DNA of 64,000 nucleotides from an uncultured Clostridia bacterium (GCA_964543295.1 CAZIXA010000008.1:4764-68763), one strand, 5' to 3'. Numbered from the stretch's first letter, positions 9,438 through 18,320 are shown. Notes: generated by a model not told the origin, from the letters alone. Numbers and translations are program-made.

Positions 9438-10918
9438 TGAGGACTGCTTTGCGAGGCGATGTAAACCTTGGACAACGCTACCGCACAATTCTCTCTTATA
9501 CTGGCCTCATGCTTCTTCTGGGTGGAGTGCTTATGCTTACTCCACTTCTTGCTCTTTTAGCCTGGCCCGATGAGTGGATACACTGCACAGGTTTCATCCT
9601 TCCTGCTATTATATTATCCGGAATCGGTGCGGGTGTGTGGAAAATATTTAAATCACGCACTCCTGCAGTTTTGACAGTACAGGAAGGTGGAGTTGTTGTT
9701 CTTCTGAGCTGGGTTGTGGTATTTCTTTTTTCAGCCGTGCCCTTTATGAGTATCCAAAAGCTAAGTCTTACCCAATCTGTTTTTGAGGCCGTTAGTGGCT
9801 GGACAACTACTGGGTTGTCTGTGGTTGATGTTACCAGAGCAACTCACATGATTTTACTTTGGCGTAGTATCATGCAGCTGGCAGGGGGTGCAGGGTTGGC
9901 TATTATTATGCTTGCTGCTATCACCGGGCCAACTGGTTCAGGACTCTCTTTTGCTGAAGGAAAGAGTGAGCAGCTTGTTCCTCATGTGCTTAGATCAGTT
10001 AAACTTGTTATGGTCATCTACGCCGGATATGCGTTAATGGGCACTTTTGCATACTGGCTTGCTGGAATGACGCCATTCGATGCTGTAAATCATGCATTTG
10101 CTGCAGTTTCTACGGGAGGGTTTTCTACTCAACCTGAGAGTATTGGCCACTGGGATTCTTTTGCCATTCAATCTGTGACATTGCCATTGATGATTCTTGG
10201 GAATTTAAATTTCTTAACAGCATATCTTCTCCTTCATGGTAAGTTCAGGGCTGTTTATCGAAACGGTGAGGTGCGTATTATGGCCTTTTTGATTCCTATC
10301 TGTGCATTACTTTTATTTCTGCTGGTCTGCAGGAGAATCTATACAGTACTGGACAAAAGTGTTCGTGTAGCAATCTTCGAGAGCATATCGGCTTTAACGA
10401 CTACCGGATTTACAATCACCAGTTATAGCAGCTGGAACTCAATGGGATTTCTTGTATTAATAATCCTTATGCTCATTGGCGGTGGGACATGCTCAACTGC
10501 TGGTGGCATTAAGCAGTACCGAGTTTATCTGCTCTTTAAATCTCTTTTTTGGGAGATAAAGCGCCCCTTTTTGCCAAGAACAGCTGTTACTGCGAATTAT
10601 GTCTGGCAAGGAGAGAAGAAAGATTTTATTAAAGATGAGCGAATACGGCAGGTAGCTTCTTTTGCGTTTATTTATCTTTTCGTGTTTACCGTAGGTGCAG
10701 GAATCCTTACCGCACATGGCTACGGACTCAAAGAATCTCTATTTGAGTTTGCCTCGGCATTAGGTACGGTAGGACTTTCTGTTGGGGTGACAAGTGCTTC
10801 CTCACCCCCTTTAATCCTTTGGGCAGAGATATTCGGTATGTTTCTTGGTCGACTTGAGTTTTTTGTCATTTTCGTAAGTTTTGCGAAAATTGTTCGTGAT
10901 GCTTTCGCTATGGGATGA
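9437..10918 (+). CDS. trkH: TrkH/KtrB-family K+ transporter membrane subunit
   Basis: 493 aa polytopic; repeated selectivity-filter-like TTTGFS/TTGLS/STGGFS motifs. Confidence 0.8.
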   Translation: MRTALRGDVNLGQRYRTILSYTGLMLLLGGVLMLTPLLALLAWPDEWIHCTGFILPAIILSGIGAGVWKIFKSRTPAVLTVQEGGVVVLLSWVVVFLFSAVPFMSIQKLSLTQSVFEAVSGWTTTGLSVVDVTRATHMILLWRSIMQLAGGAGLAIIMLAAITGPTGSGLSFAEGKSEQLVPHVLRSVKLVMVIYAGYALMGTFAYWLAGMTPFDAVNHAFAAVSTGGFSTQPESIGHWDSFAIQSVTLPLMILGNLNFLTAYLLLHGKFRAVYRNGEVRIMAFLIPICALLLFLLVCRRIYTVLDKSVRVAIFESISALTTTGFTITSYSSWNSMGFLVLIILMLIGGGTCSTAGGIKQYRVYLLFKSLFWEIKRPFLPRTAVTANYVWQGEKKDFIKDERIRQVASFAFIYLFVFTVGAGILTAHGYGLKESLFEFASALGTVGLSVGVTSASSPPLILWAEIFGMFLGRLEFFVIFVSFAKIVRDAFAMG

Positions 10919-11198
10919 TAAAGACTGAACTCTCCTTAGAGATCTCCTAAATCAAAGAACAACAACGCCTTATTACTCTTCTCTGGCAAATCGCTTATAT
11001 CTCCCTCTTCACCTTAATCTTTCATTCTAGTGTCGGTTCACCATATTCATTGTTCTTAATGTCATGAATTCTAGAACAAAATTCCTAGTTGTCAACCTAA
11101 CGTTCAGCAGAGTGGATCCTATTTTGACACCTACCACTTTTCAGCTACCATAAGAATAAATTCTTCAGGAGTAATCAATTAAAACAGGAGGTATTGCA

Positions 11199-11474
11199 AT
11201 GAACAAAGCAGAATTAGTAGAGGAAGTAGCAGGAAAAGTTGGACTGACAAAGAAGGAAACTAACAATGTAGTGGACGCTATAACGTCAGCCATTACTGAT
11301 TCTCTGGTAAGAAACGAAAAAGTAATATTGGTTGGACTCGGCACATTTGAAGTGAGGAGGCGAAAAACTCGGACAGGAGTTAATCCTCAAACTAGACAAA
11401 GGTTAGTTATTCCTGCGATGAATGTGGCTAGATTCAAAGCGGGAAAAGGATTAAGAGAAAGGGTGGGTAGGTAA
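11199..11474 (+). CDS. hup: HU-family nucleoid-associated DNA-binding protein
   Basis: 91 aa; MNKAELV...GFGTFEV..R..R.GRNP.T signature; SD aacaGGAGGtatt. Confidence 0.85.
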   Translation: MNKAELVEEVAGKVGLTKKETNNVVDAITSAITDSLVRNEKVILVGLGTFEVRRRKTRTGVNPQTRQRLVIPAMNVARFKAGKGLRERVGR

Positions 11475-11515
11475 CGTTGATATCGGAAGTGTAGAGAAAT
11501 AAAAGACAAAGTTCT

Positions 11516-11836
11516 ATGGATATCGATAGACGTAAACTATTAAGAACACTAATTACAGAGGATTTATGGAAAAGGCTATCTCCAGAAGAAGTTAGGCTAT
11601 ATCTTCTTCTTGTAATTTCTATTGATGAGACAAAGGAAATAGGGGAACTAAGAAAACGGGATATTGAGAAATGTCTGGGATATAGTCTAACTGTTGGGCA
11701 ATTAGAAAAAATTACCCATACTTTCCGAGAACTTAACTTAGCTGAGATAGAATATTCTAAGGAGAAATCAGAGGTAAAATTTACACTCGTGGGAAAGGAA
11801 TCCTCAGACGAGAAAAACTATTCAGGTCCCAGCTAA
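11516..11836 (+). CDS. hypothetical small protein (possible wHTH); 3' end encoded out-of-frame by HU-derived DNA
   Basis: 106-aa ORF between intact hup and HU 3' copy 2. Confidence 0.35.
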   Translation: MDIDRRKLLRTLITEDLWKRLSPEEVRLYLLLVISIDETKEIGELRKRDIEKCLGYSLTVGQLEKITHTFRELNLAEIEYSKEKSEVKFTLVGKESSDEKNYSGPS

Positions 11837-11888
11837 AAAGGTTGCTAAGTTTAGACCGGGAAAGGGATTGAGGGAAGCGGTAAGGTAA
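11797..11888 (+). pseudogene. displaced HU 3'-end copy 2 (encodes ..NPQTRKTIQVPAKKVAKFRPGKGLREAVR* in HU frame)
   Basis: ~90 nt homologous to hup 3' end (11385-11474) with stop codon; followed by same tail motif as copy 3. Confidence 0.7.
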
Positions 11889-11950
11889 AAATACCAACGT
11901 TTTTTGTCCATTGAGGATTTTGAGCTTTGAAATCTGCACCTAGTCTATAA

Positions 11951-12001
11951 CAAAAGACGCAAAATTAGCCAAAATAAGAGGCTTTAATCTTTTCAATGAA
12001 G
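11951..12001 (+). repeat. tail motif copy a (caaaagacgcaaaattagccaaaataagaggctttaatcttttcaatgaag)
   Basis: ~50-bp motif repeated at 12378-12422 and 13843-13892. Confidence 0.7.
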
Positions 12002-12095
12002 GAAACCTATTGTTGATAAATCTTGATATTATACAGTTCTGTATAAGATGTTAGGCAGTAAAATAAATTAAACCGCTTGCATACAGGGGGTTATT

Positions 12096-12389
12096 ATGAA
12101 TATTCTAGGGTGGGTAGTTTGGGCTGTCGCAATGTTCATATTTATTGTTCATATTTTCCTTTTTTTCCATTCTGACCCAGGCGTTAGTCGTCTTGCAAAA
12201 CGATTTAGTTTTTTAATTGCAATAGGGCTAGCCATTACAGCATTTACAAAATTATCGAAATTCCATCTCATCTGGTGGATACCTGTTGCATATCTTTTTA
12301 ATCTTTGGGCTTTTTCGGCAAGAGTTCAGCGAGACGCTAAAAAATTTATTGAAAAGCTTAAGGGAAGAAAACAGGAGACGCCAAATTAG
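12096..12389 (+). CDS. small two-TM membrane protein
   Basis: 97 aa, two hydrophobic helices, basic C-terminus; SD acaGGGGGttatt. Confidence 0.4.
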   Translation: MNILGWVVWAVAMFIFIVHIFLFFHSDPGVSRLAKRFSFLIAIGLAITAFTKLSKFHLIWWIPVAYLFNLWAFSARVQRDAKKFIEKLKGRKQETPN

Positions 12390-12422
12390 CCAAAATAAGA
12401 GGCTTTAATCTTTTCAATGAAG
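12378..12422 (+). repeat. tail motif copy b (solo, without HU 3' fragment)
   Basis: gacgccaaattagccaaaataagaggctttaatcttttcaatgaa, 43/45 identical to copy a; overlaps stop of ORF 12096-12389. Confidence 0.7.
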
Positions 12423-12611
12423 AAAAACTTGCATTGACAGATTTCGACGTTTTCTCTTGAGCTTCTCTCGCTTCTAGGAGCACTCATTCATAACGAAGTC
12501 AGGACGGAGAGGAGACAGCAGCCCCAGGCTGAGAAGATGAATGAACATACCTGGCAGAGAAGTACCTCGGACACGAACAATCAAGTGCCATGCTAATCGT
12601 GGTTATGGAAA

Positions 12612-13610
12612 ATGAGGAACATTAAGAAAGATATTGAGCAGCTTGAAACTGCAGGAGAATTGCTGGACAAGGATTCCCCCACTGCAGCGAGACTGTCTTT
12701 GTTTCTTTTGGATAACTTGGTGGAACTTCTGATGTACAGAGTTGTTAGGCAAGAGTTCGCTTTGGATGATACACTATCTTCTGTCAAACCGCCAAAGTAT
12801 TCGGCCAGCAAGAGACGTAGGGTGCTTACGTATTTCAATGACAAAGCAAATTTTCTAGTGTCAGACCTAAAGAGATTAGACCCCCACCAGAGTTCTATCT
12901 TAAAGCTTGGACATCGCCTAAGAAACGAGGCTTACCACAGTGGCATCCTCAGAGAAAGGATTGTTATTCCACTCACTCGTATGTACTTCCGGACGGTCTG
13001 TGAGCTTCTGCCTGCTCTTTGGTTAGGGGCCGTGGGATGGAAACGTCACAGCGAGGTGACGGATTTTCTGAAGAAATATAAACTGGATTCTCAAAGCATG
13101 AACGAGGATACTTTGGGCCAAATATGCCAGATAATACTGAAAGGAAGGCAGTGCATAGTTCCCAGACTATCAAGGGTCCTTGCAGATGACTTGGTCTCAA
13201 GGATAGAGAGAACCGTTAAGAGCCTAGAGCATCTTCCTTCCCTCGGGCAAAGGCACTCACCAGAGGAGAATTTGAGATGGATACAATTCTGGGAGGAAAC
13301 CGATATGGAACTTCGTACCGGAGCGTCAGATGAGGAACTTCGCGACTTCTGGGAAAAAGTCAACATGACCCTCTCTGCGTTTCGTCCAAAGGTTGCGTTA
13401 GACACTCTCCACATTTGGAAGAATAGAGCAAGGAAAATAGAATTTGAGACTTCATATGGTGCAGCTTGTGCCAAATTTGATGAGATAGACCAATCTTTCC
13501 TCAGAATAGAAAGTCTTGTGTCGGAGGCCATTGCGGAGTATGAAAAATATATAGACCTTCAAGTAGACAGCCTAATAGAAGAGGAGCACCATGGAACCAT
13601 AGGCCAATAG
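12612..13610 (+). CDS. HEPN-like (Rx4H motif) hypothetical protein
   Basis: 332 aa, all-helical; KLGHRLRNEAYHSG matches HEPN Rx4-6H RNase motif; visibly GC-richer than neighbours. Confidence 0.4.
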   Translation: MRNIKKDIEQLETAGELLDKDSPTAARLSLFLLDNLVELLMYRVVRQEFALDDTLSSVKPPKYSASKRRRVLTYFNDKANFLVSDLKRLDPHQSSILKLGHRLRNEAYHSGILRERIVIPLTRMYFRTVCELLPALWLGAVGWKRHSEVTDFLKKYKLDSQSMNEDTLGQICQIILKGRQCIVPRLSRVLADDLVSRIERTVKSLEHLPSLGQRHSPEENLRWIQFWEETDMELRTGASDEELRDFWEKVNMTLSAFRPKVALDTLHIWKNRARKIEFETSYGAACAKFDEIDQSFLRIESLVSEAIAEYEKYIDLQVDSLIEEEHHGTIGQ

Positions 13611-13659
13611 TCCGTTTATCGGTCGGAAAACAGCGATTTCCTGGCCAGTAGCGGGAATG

Positions 13660-13775
13660 ACAAAAGAAAGATAAGAACCGGAAGGAATCCTCAGACACGA
13701 CAAACTACTCAGATCCCAGCAAAAAAAGTCCCCAAATTTAGACCGGGAAAGAGATTGAGGGAGAAGGTGAAGTAA
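13660..13775 (+). pseudogene. displaced HU 3'-end copy 3 (..KIRTGRNPQTRQTTQIPAKKVPKFRPGKRLREKVK*)
   Basis: ~115 nt homologous to hup 3' end incl. stop; followed by tail motif aaaataccaacgtttttt...gacgcaaaatt..aataagagg.tttaatcttttca.tgaa. Confidence 0.7.
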
Positions 13776-13842
13776 AAAATACCAACGTTTTTTATCCACT
13801 TTACATTTGTGGTCTTTGAAGCATGCTTATAGCAAAAGACGC

Positions 13843-13892
13843 AAAATTGGTCATAATAAGAGGTTTTAATCTTTTCAGTGAAAAAAAAAATA
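13843..13892 (+). repeat. tail motif copy c
   Basis: caaaagacgcaaaattggtcataataagaggttttaatcttttcagtgaa. Confidence 0.7.
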
Positions 13893-14189
13893 TCATTGAT
13901 AAGTTTTGACCTCTTCCTTTGGCTTCTCGTTGCTCTAAAAGTACTACTTTATAATGGGACTGAGAGCTATGAACAATCTATCTGGTCAGCTGGGTAATTT
14001 GTCTACTCCCCAAGAGCTCTTCAATACCATGCAATATTTTCACAAGTCCACTTTCTGGAGTTTAGTAGCAATTTTGGGAGGATTCTACTGTACTCTCGGA
14101 CACCATATAATGGAGAAAAAGCAAGGTATAAAACTATTACTCAACCTCAAAATCCTTGAAATAGAGTGTAGAATATTTGGAGGAATTGG

Positions 14190-14921
14190 TTGAAGGAAAA
14201 ATACAATAAAAGATATGAGGAACAAGTGAGAAGAAAGTTTTGCTCATGGCTTAAAAAACATCATTCTCGTTGGTTCATCTCAAAAAAAAATCCTATAAAA
14301 GTCGCTATACCTACAAAGGAAATTTCGTTTAGGATGGATCGACTTTCTCCTGACATAGACGTGTTGGCTTATTGTAAAGCTTCTGACAAGTTAATAAGCT
14401 ATGAGGTGAAGGGACCTACTCGTAAATACAAAGACCATTACATCATTGAAAGAAATGGGAAGATGGTAGGTTCTCAGGCTTACAAAGGTGACCTCGGAAA
14501 GCTCCAAAAAGGAAATCAAGAAAGATACAAAATAGAAAAGATTAGTCGTCCGCATTATCCGGATTTTGGAATTACTTATAAAGGAATAGGAGAGGCTCTT
14601 TTCAATCTTAGGTATGTTGATCAAAGTTTTTTAGTTCTACCTGAGGTTGTCTACCTCTCTCATTTCTCCCACCCGGTATTTCTTAATATTTTATTAGATA
14701 GACTCCTTCCTTTGGGTCTAATCAAATATGATTATTACTTGCATGTGAAAGACAACAAATTAGATATTAAGGAATTTGAGGTAATTCGTAAAGCTAAAGA
14801 CTCATCTTTGTGGAAGCGTTACAACGAGTCGCTCAAGAGAGAAAGCGATATAATTGAATTTGAGTATGAGGGTGAGGTACGGAGATATCTAAAAAACAAG
14901 CTGGAAAAAGGTGAACTTTAG
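14190..14921 (+). CDS. PD-(D/E)xK-type nuclease-like protein
   Basis: 243 aa; SPDIDVLAY...ISYEVKG (D..D...E.K) near N-terminus. Confidence 0.4.
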   Translation: MKEKYNKRYEEQVRRKFCSWLKKHHSRWFISKKNPIKVAIPTKEISFRMDRLSPDIDVLAYCKASDKLISYEVKGPTRKYKDHYIIERNGKMVGSQAYKGDLGKLQKGNQERYKIEKISRPHYPDFGITYKGIGEALFNLRYVDQSFLVLPEVVYLSHFSHPVFLNILLDRLLPLGLIKYDYYLHVKDNKLDIKEFEVIRKAKDSSLWKRYNESLKRESDIIEFEYEGEVRRYLKNKLEKGEL

Positions 14922-15054
14922 TCTGAGGTCTTTTGGCCAACATGAAGTTTCGTTCTTCTTGAATAAGGAAAGTGAACAAAACTTTCAAAGAAGGAGAATA
15001 AGCAGAACAGGGTAAATTAGGTGAAAATAAGAGATCTTAAAAGGCGGTAAAAGA

Positions 15055-15870
15055 ATGGGAGAAAACTTAGAGGAAGTGAAAATCTTGGAAATAAGTGAGG
15101 GGGAGCTGGAAAGTTTCGTAAAATTGTCTCTTGATAATATCGAAACTGGCTTAACATTAATAGACACACAGGTTAATACATACAGAGGCCCTTTAGATAT
15201 TTTAGCGGTAGATAGCGAAGGATGCTTGGTGGTTATAGAGCTAAAGGTAAAGAAGAACGACGATATGCTGTTCCAAGCTGTGGATTATTGCGATTGGGTT
15301 CAAGGGAATATAGATTCAGTAAGCAGGATGTATAGGAATATTCATCCTAAGGTGGAAGTAAACTACAAGAAGCCTCCTAGAATCATGTTAATTGCTCCCA
15401 GTTTTTCTTCTTCACTTAAGCGAAGAGCGAAGTATTTAGACATTAGTATTGATCTGTATATCTACCGGCTCATTGAGATCGGTGGTAAACGGGGCTTGCT
15501 ATTCGAACAGGTTAATATTCCTCCTCGAAGGTTTCCTTCTCCTTCTCCAAAAACGATTCCAGATCTTACGAATTATCCTCAAAATGTTGAATACAGAAAT
15601 TTAGTTGGGAAATTAGATGAAGCCATAAGACAAATTGGAGGTGATATAGAACCTTATCCCACAACTCAATATATAGGTTACAAAATTAAGGGATCCTACA
15701 TTGCTAGTATTCATCCTAGAAAGACCGCCTGCCCTTATGTAGATATTCTTGGTGAGGAAGGATGGGAATCACTCTCATTAGAGAGCCAAGATGATATTGA
15801 GAAAATTCTTAATTTGGTCAATAAGGCATATAGACTAAAAAAGGGAATGGTAGATACAAATAAGGTTTAA
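15055..15870 (+). CDS. RecB-family/NucS-like PD-(D/E)xK nuclease domain protein
   Basis: 271 aa; GPLDILAVDSEGCLVVIELKVKK (D, D, ExK) followed by QAVDY (QxxxY motif) as in RecB/Cas4/NucS/Shedu-type nuclease folds; extra C-terminal domain of unknown function. Confidence 0.55.
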   Translation: MGENLEEVKILEISEGELESFVKLSLDNIETGLTLIDTQVNTYRGPLDILAVDSEGCLVVIELKVKKNDDMLFQAVDYCDWVQGNIDSVSRMYRNIHPKVEVNYKKPPRIMLIAPSFSSSLKRRAKYLDISIDLYIYRLIEIGGKRGLLFEQVNIPPRRFPSPSPKTIPDLTNYPQNVEYRNLVGKLDEAIRQIGGDIEPYPTTQYIGYKIKGSYIASIHPRKTACPYVDILGEEGWESLSLESQDDIEKILNLVNKAYRLKKGMVDTNKV

Positions 15871-15955
15871 TTTCTAAGATAGATATGTTTAGGTTAGTAA
15901 GGTATAGAATTATCACTCAACCTCTGAACTCTTGAATAAGAAATAGGAGTAAAAA

Positions 15956-16672
15956 ATGAATATGGATTATAAAGAACTTATAAAAGGGGCTCAATTATTT
16001 GAAAATGATCCAGTGGCTCATTTTTATGACGAATATATGGAGGAGAAGAACTATCAAGAATGGGAAGATCCTCATAGTCTCTCTGATAATGAAGTGAGAA
16101 AACTTTTTGAGTTTATTATAAGTTGGGATCCTCATTTTGGGCAAGAGCGTGATAGAATTGCTGAATTTAGGCACGCATACCAAAATATTTACCCTCTTCT
16201 CAGAAAACTCGAGAGAGAAACAATCTACAATATAGCTTTTGAGGAGAGGGTGAGTAAAGGCAGCTTAATAACACATTCACAAGCCATTTTTCTTATTTTT
16301 GAGGAAATAGCACATTGCTTTAGAAGGTATGAATCAACAGATACTTCAAAAATCATTCATACACTTAATCCCCACCTATTTGTTATGTGGGATAACGCAA
16401 TTTGCTACCATATATTAGGTATTGAGTTGATAAAAAGGGCTTCGGGACATGATTACGCCTATAGATTTATGCCTTTAATGCAAAAAACTGTTAAAAAGAT
16501 TATAAGAAGTTATACGGAGAAGCATTGCTGTAATCAGGAAGAAGCAGTAAAGAGAATATCTGAATGTGGAAACAATAAGACTTTAGCTAAGTTGATAGAT
16601 GAGTATAATTGGGTTTATAAAAATAACCCGGAGAAATTGAAAAGAGCCCACTTCGGCAAAGAGAAAAACTGA
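15956..16672 (+). CDS. hypothetical protein, partner of downstream SIR2-like gene (18-bp gap)
   Basis: 238 aa, helical, no motif I recognise. Confidence 0.5.
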   Translation: MNMDYKELIKGAQLFENDPVAHFYDEYMEEKNYQEWEDPHSLSDNEVRKLFEFIISWDPHFGQERDRIAEFRHAYQNIYPLLRKLERETIYNIAFEERVSKGSLITHSQAIFLIFEEIAHCFRRYESTDTSKIIHTLNPHLFVMWDNAICYHILGIELIKRASGHDYAYRFMPLMQKTVKKIIRSYTEKHCCNQEEAVKRISECGNNKTLAKLIDEYNWVYKNNPEKLKRAHFGKEKN

Positions 16673-16689
16673 AACAAGAAACTACGAAC

Positions 16690-17718
16690 ATGTCTGAAGA
16701 AAAGACTGTATACTTCTTAGGTGCGGGGGCCTCAAATGCTTCTGATTTTACCCTCCCAATAACGGATGGGTTTTTTCGGAAAGACGATCTTAGTCTGGAA
16801 AATTTTTCTGAGCTTCGCAAATTCATTGAGAGCACCTTTCATGGGGTTCTTTCCGAAAACCTCAATTTGGAGGATGTGATTAGTCACCTGGAGCTAAGTG
16901 TAGACAGATTTGGCTCGTTCGGGAAACGTCCTGATGCCTATCTTTATGATGCCAGAGAGCAGTTCAACCAATACGTTAGGATGCGATTGGATTATGAGTC
17001 TGTGGAGGGTAGACTCTGGTGTCCAAAATTCAAAGAGATTTTCCAAAGTCTGAACCCGAACGATACTATTATCACTCTAAATTATGATCTCATCACGGAA
17101 AATACGCTAAATGCTATTTCACACGAAAAAGGGGTGAAGGAAAATCATACGTTGTACACAAAAATGGTTCAACTGCTTAGTCTGGACATCTACTGCAGTG
17201 GCATATTAGGAATCGACGTTCCCGAAAGGAAATTGGAATCTGGTTGGTATCTGAAACTGCATGGTTCAACTAATTGGTATTATTGTTCCAACCCGCACTG
17301 TCTGGGTCACCAGATTATGAACGTACTCGCCATGCCTGTGGGCGGTCCTCCCCGTAATTGCAATTCTTGCGGTTCTCCTCTTGAGATGGCGATTGTCCCT
17401 CCCACGATGAATAAGGCCTTCGGAAAGTATCCCAAATTGGGAATCATATGGAGTCTAGCTCGCCAGGAAATTGCTTCATCTACCTCCATTGTATTCATAG
17501 GTGTTTCCTTTAGGCCTTCAGATTACTATCTGAGTTGGCTAGTCAAATCATCATTCTTAGGGGCAAAGAGTAAAGACAAATCAGTCGTAGTCGTTGACAA
17601 GTGTGAATCAGTCGCCCACCGAATAGCCAAGATGATTGGTGTGAAACCAGTTTATTGCGATAATATTGACTCATATATCTCGTCAAGAAAGGAAAATAAA
17701 AAGGAGATGAACGGCTGA
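16690..17718 (+). CDS. SIR2-like (SIR2_2 family) NAD-binding domain protein with inserted zinc ribbon
   Basis: YFLGAGAS (GAGxS), ITLNYD (catalytic Asn motif), LKLHGS (catalytic His), CxxHC...CNSC zinc module, IVFIGVSF; same order/spacing as ThsA/DSR-type defensive SIR2 domains. Confidence 0.6.
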   Translation: MSEEKTVYFLGAGASNASDFTLPITDGFFRKDDLSLENFSELRKFIESTFHGVLSENLNLEDVISHLELSVDRFGSFGKRPDAYLYDAREQFNQYVRMRLDYESVEGRLWCPKFKEIFQSLNPNDTIITLNYDLITENTLNAISHEKGVKENHTLYTKMVQLLSLDIYCSGILGIDVPERKLESGWYLKLHGSTNWYYCSNPHCLGHQIMNVLAMPVGGPPRNCNSCGSPLEMAIVPPTMNKAFGKYPKLGIIWSLARQEIASSTSIVFIGVSFRPSDYYLSWLVKSSFLGAKSKDKSVVVVDKCESVAHRIAKMIGVKPVYCDNIDSYISSRKENKKEMNG

Positions 17719-17885
17719 AAGCTAACGACTAAAGGTAAGAGGAGAGAATTATCTGCTAAAGAGAGGCGTAATAGACTAATTATAAAGCTCTGGTTCGAGG
17801 CGCAATTGGAATCGGGCTAATTAAGATTTTATTCTGATTAACAAGAAAAAACACGCACATAGAGGCTCATAGAGCCACTTTCTTA

Positions 17886-17988
17886 AGGAAAGGTAACCTG
17901 TAACCTGGGTAAATTTAAGCTCCTCTATCAAGAGATTTTTTTTAAGCCAGTTGCGAGAATAGAGGGATTTTTAGGAAAGGGAGAGGAG
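17886..17988 (+). promoter_or_regulatory. conserved ~105-nt leader, copy 1 (upstream of 84-aa ORF)
   Basis: aligns with 18321-18422: aagg.aacct.ta..ggtaaa.ttaa...tatcaagaga.ttt...aagc.agttg.g.ata.gggat..taggaaagggag + SD. Confidence 0.45.
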
Positions 17989-18243
17989 ATGAGAAAAATG
18001 ACGAAGTTCAGGAAAGTATTTTACACCATCGGAATACTGGTGATCATCTTTTTGTGTCTGTGGATAATCAGGGAAATTTTCATTCTCAAACCTCCTCCAG
18101 AAACACAAACTTTGTGGGAGAAATGGACCCAAGGAGACAGACGAAAGATGATTGAGGAAAAATGGAAGGCTTTAAAAAAGACCGAGAAAGAGTTAGAGGA
18201 ATTAAAGAAAGTACGGAAACAGCTTGAAGAGCTGGGGAAGTGA
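17989..18243 (+). CDS. small single-TM protein with charged coiled-coil tail
   Basis: 84 aa; TM GILVIIFLCLWIIREIFIL. Confidence 0.35.
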   Translation: MRKMTKFRKVFYTIGILVIIFLCLWIIREIFILKPPPETQTLWEKWTQGDRRKMIEEKWKALKKTEKELEELKKVRKQLEELGK

Positions 18244-18320
18244 GACAAGAGGCATGAATATGAACAACTTCATCGACAAGAAAAACCGCCTTCACAGAAG
18301 ATTATATACGAAGTTTTCTC

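Noticed and set aside
11100-11198. sigma-70 promoter for hup (TTGACA at ~11124)
   Set aside because: I could not find a convincing -10 hexamer at 16-19 bp spacing. Left unannotated.
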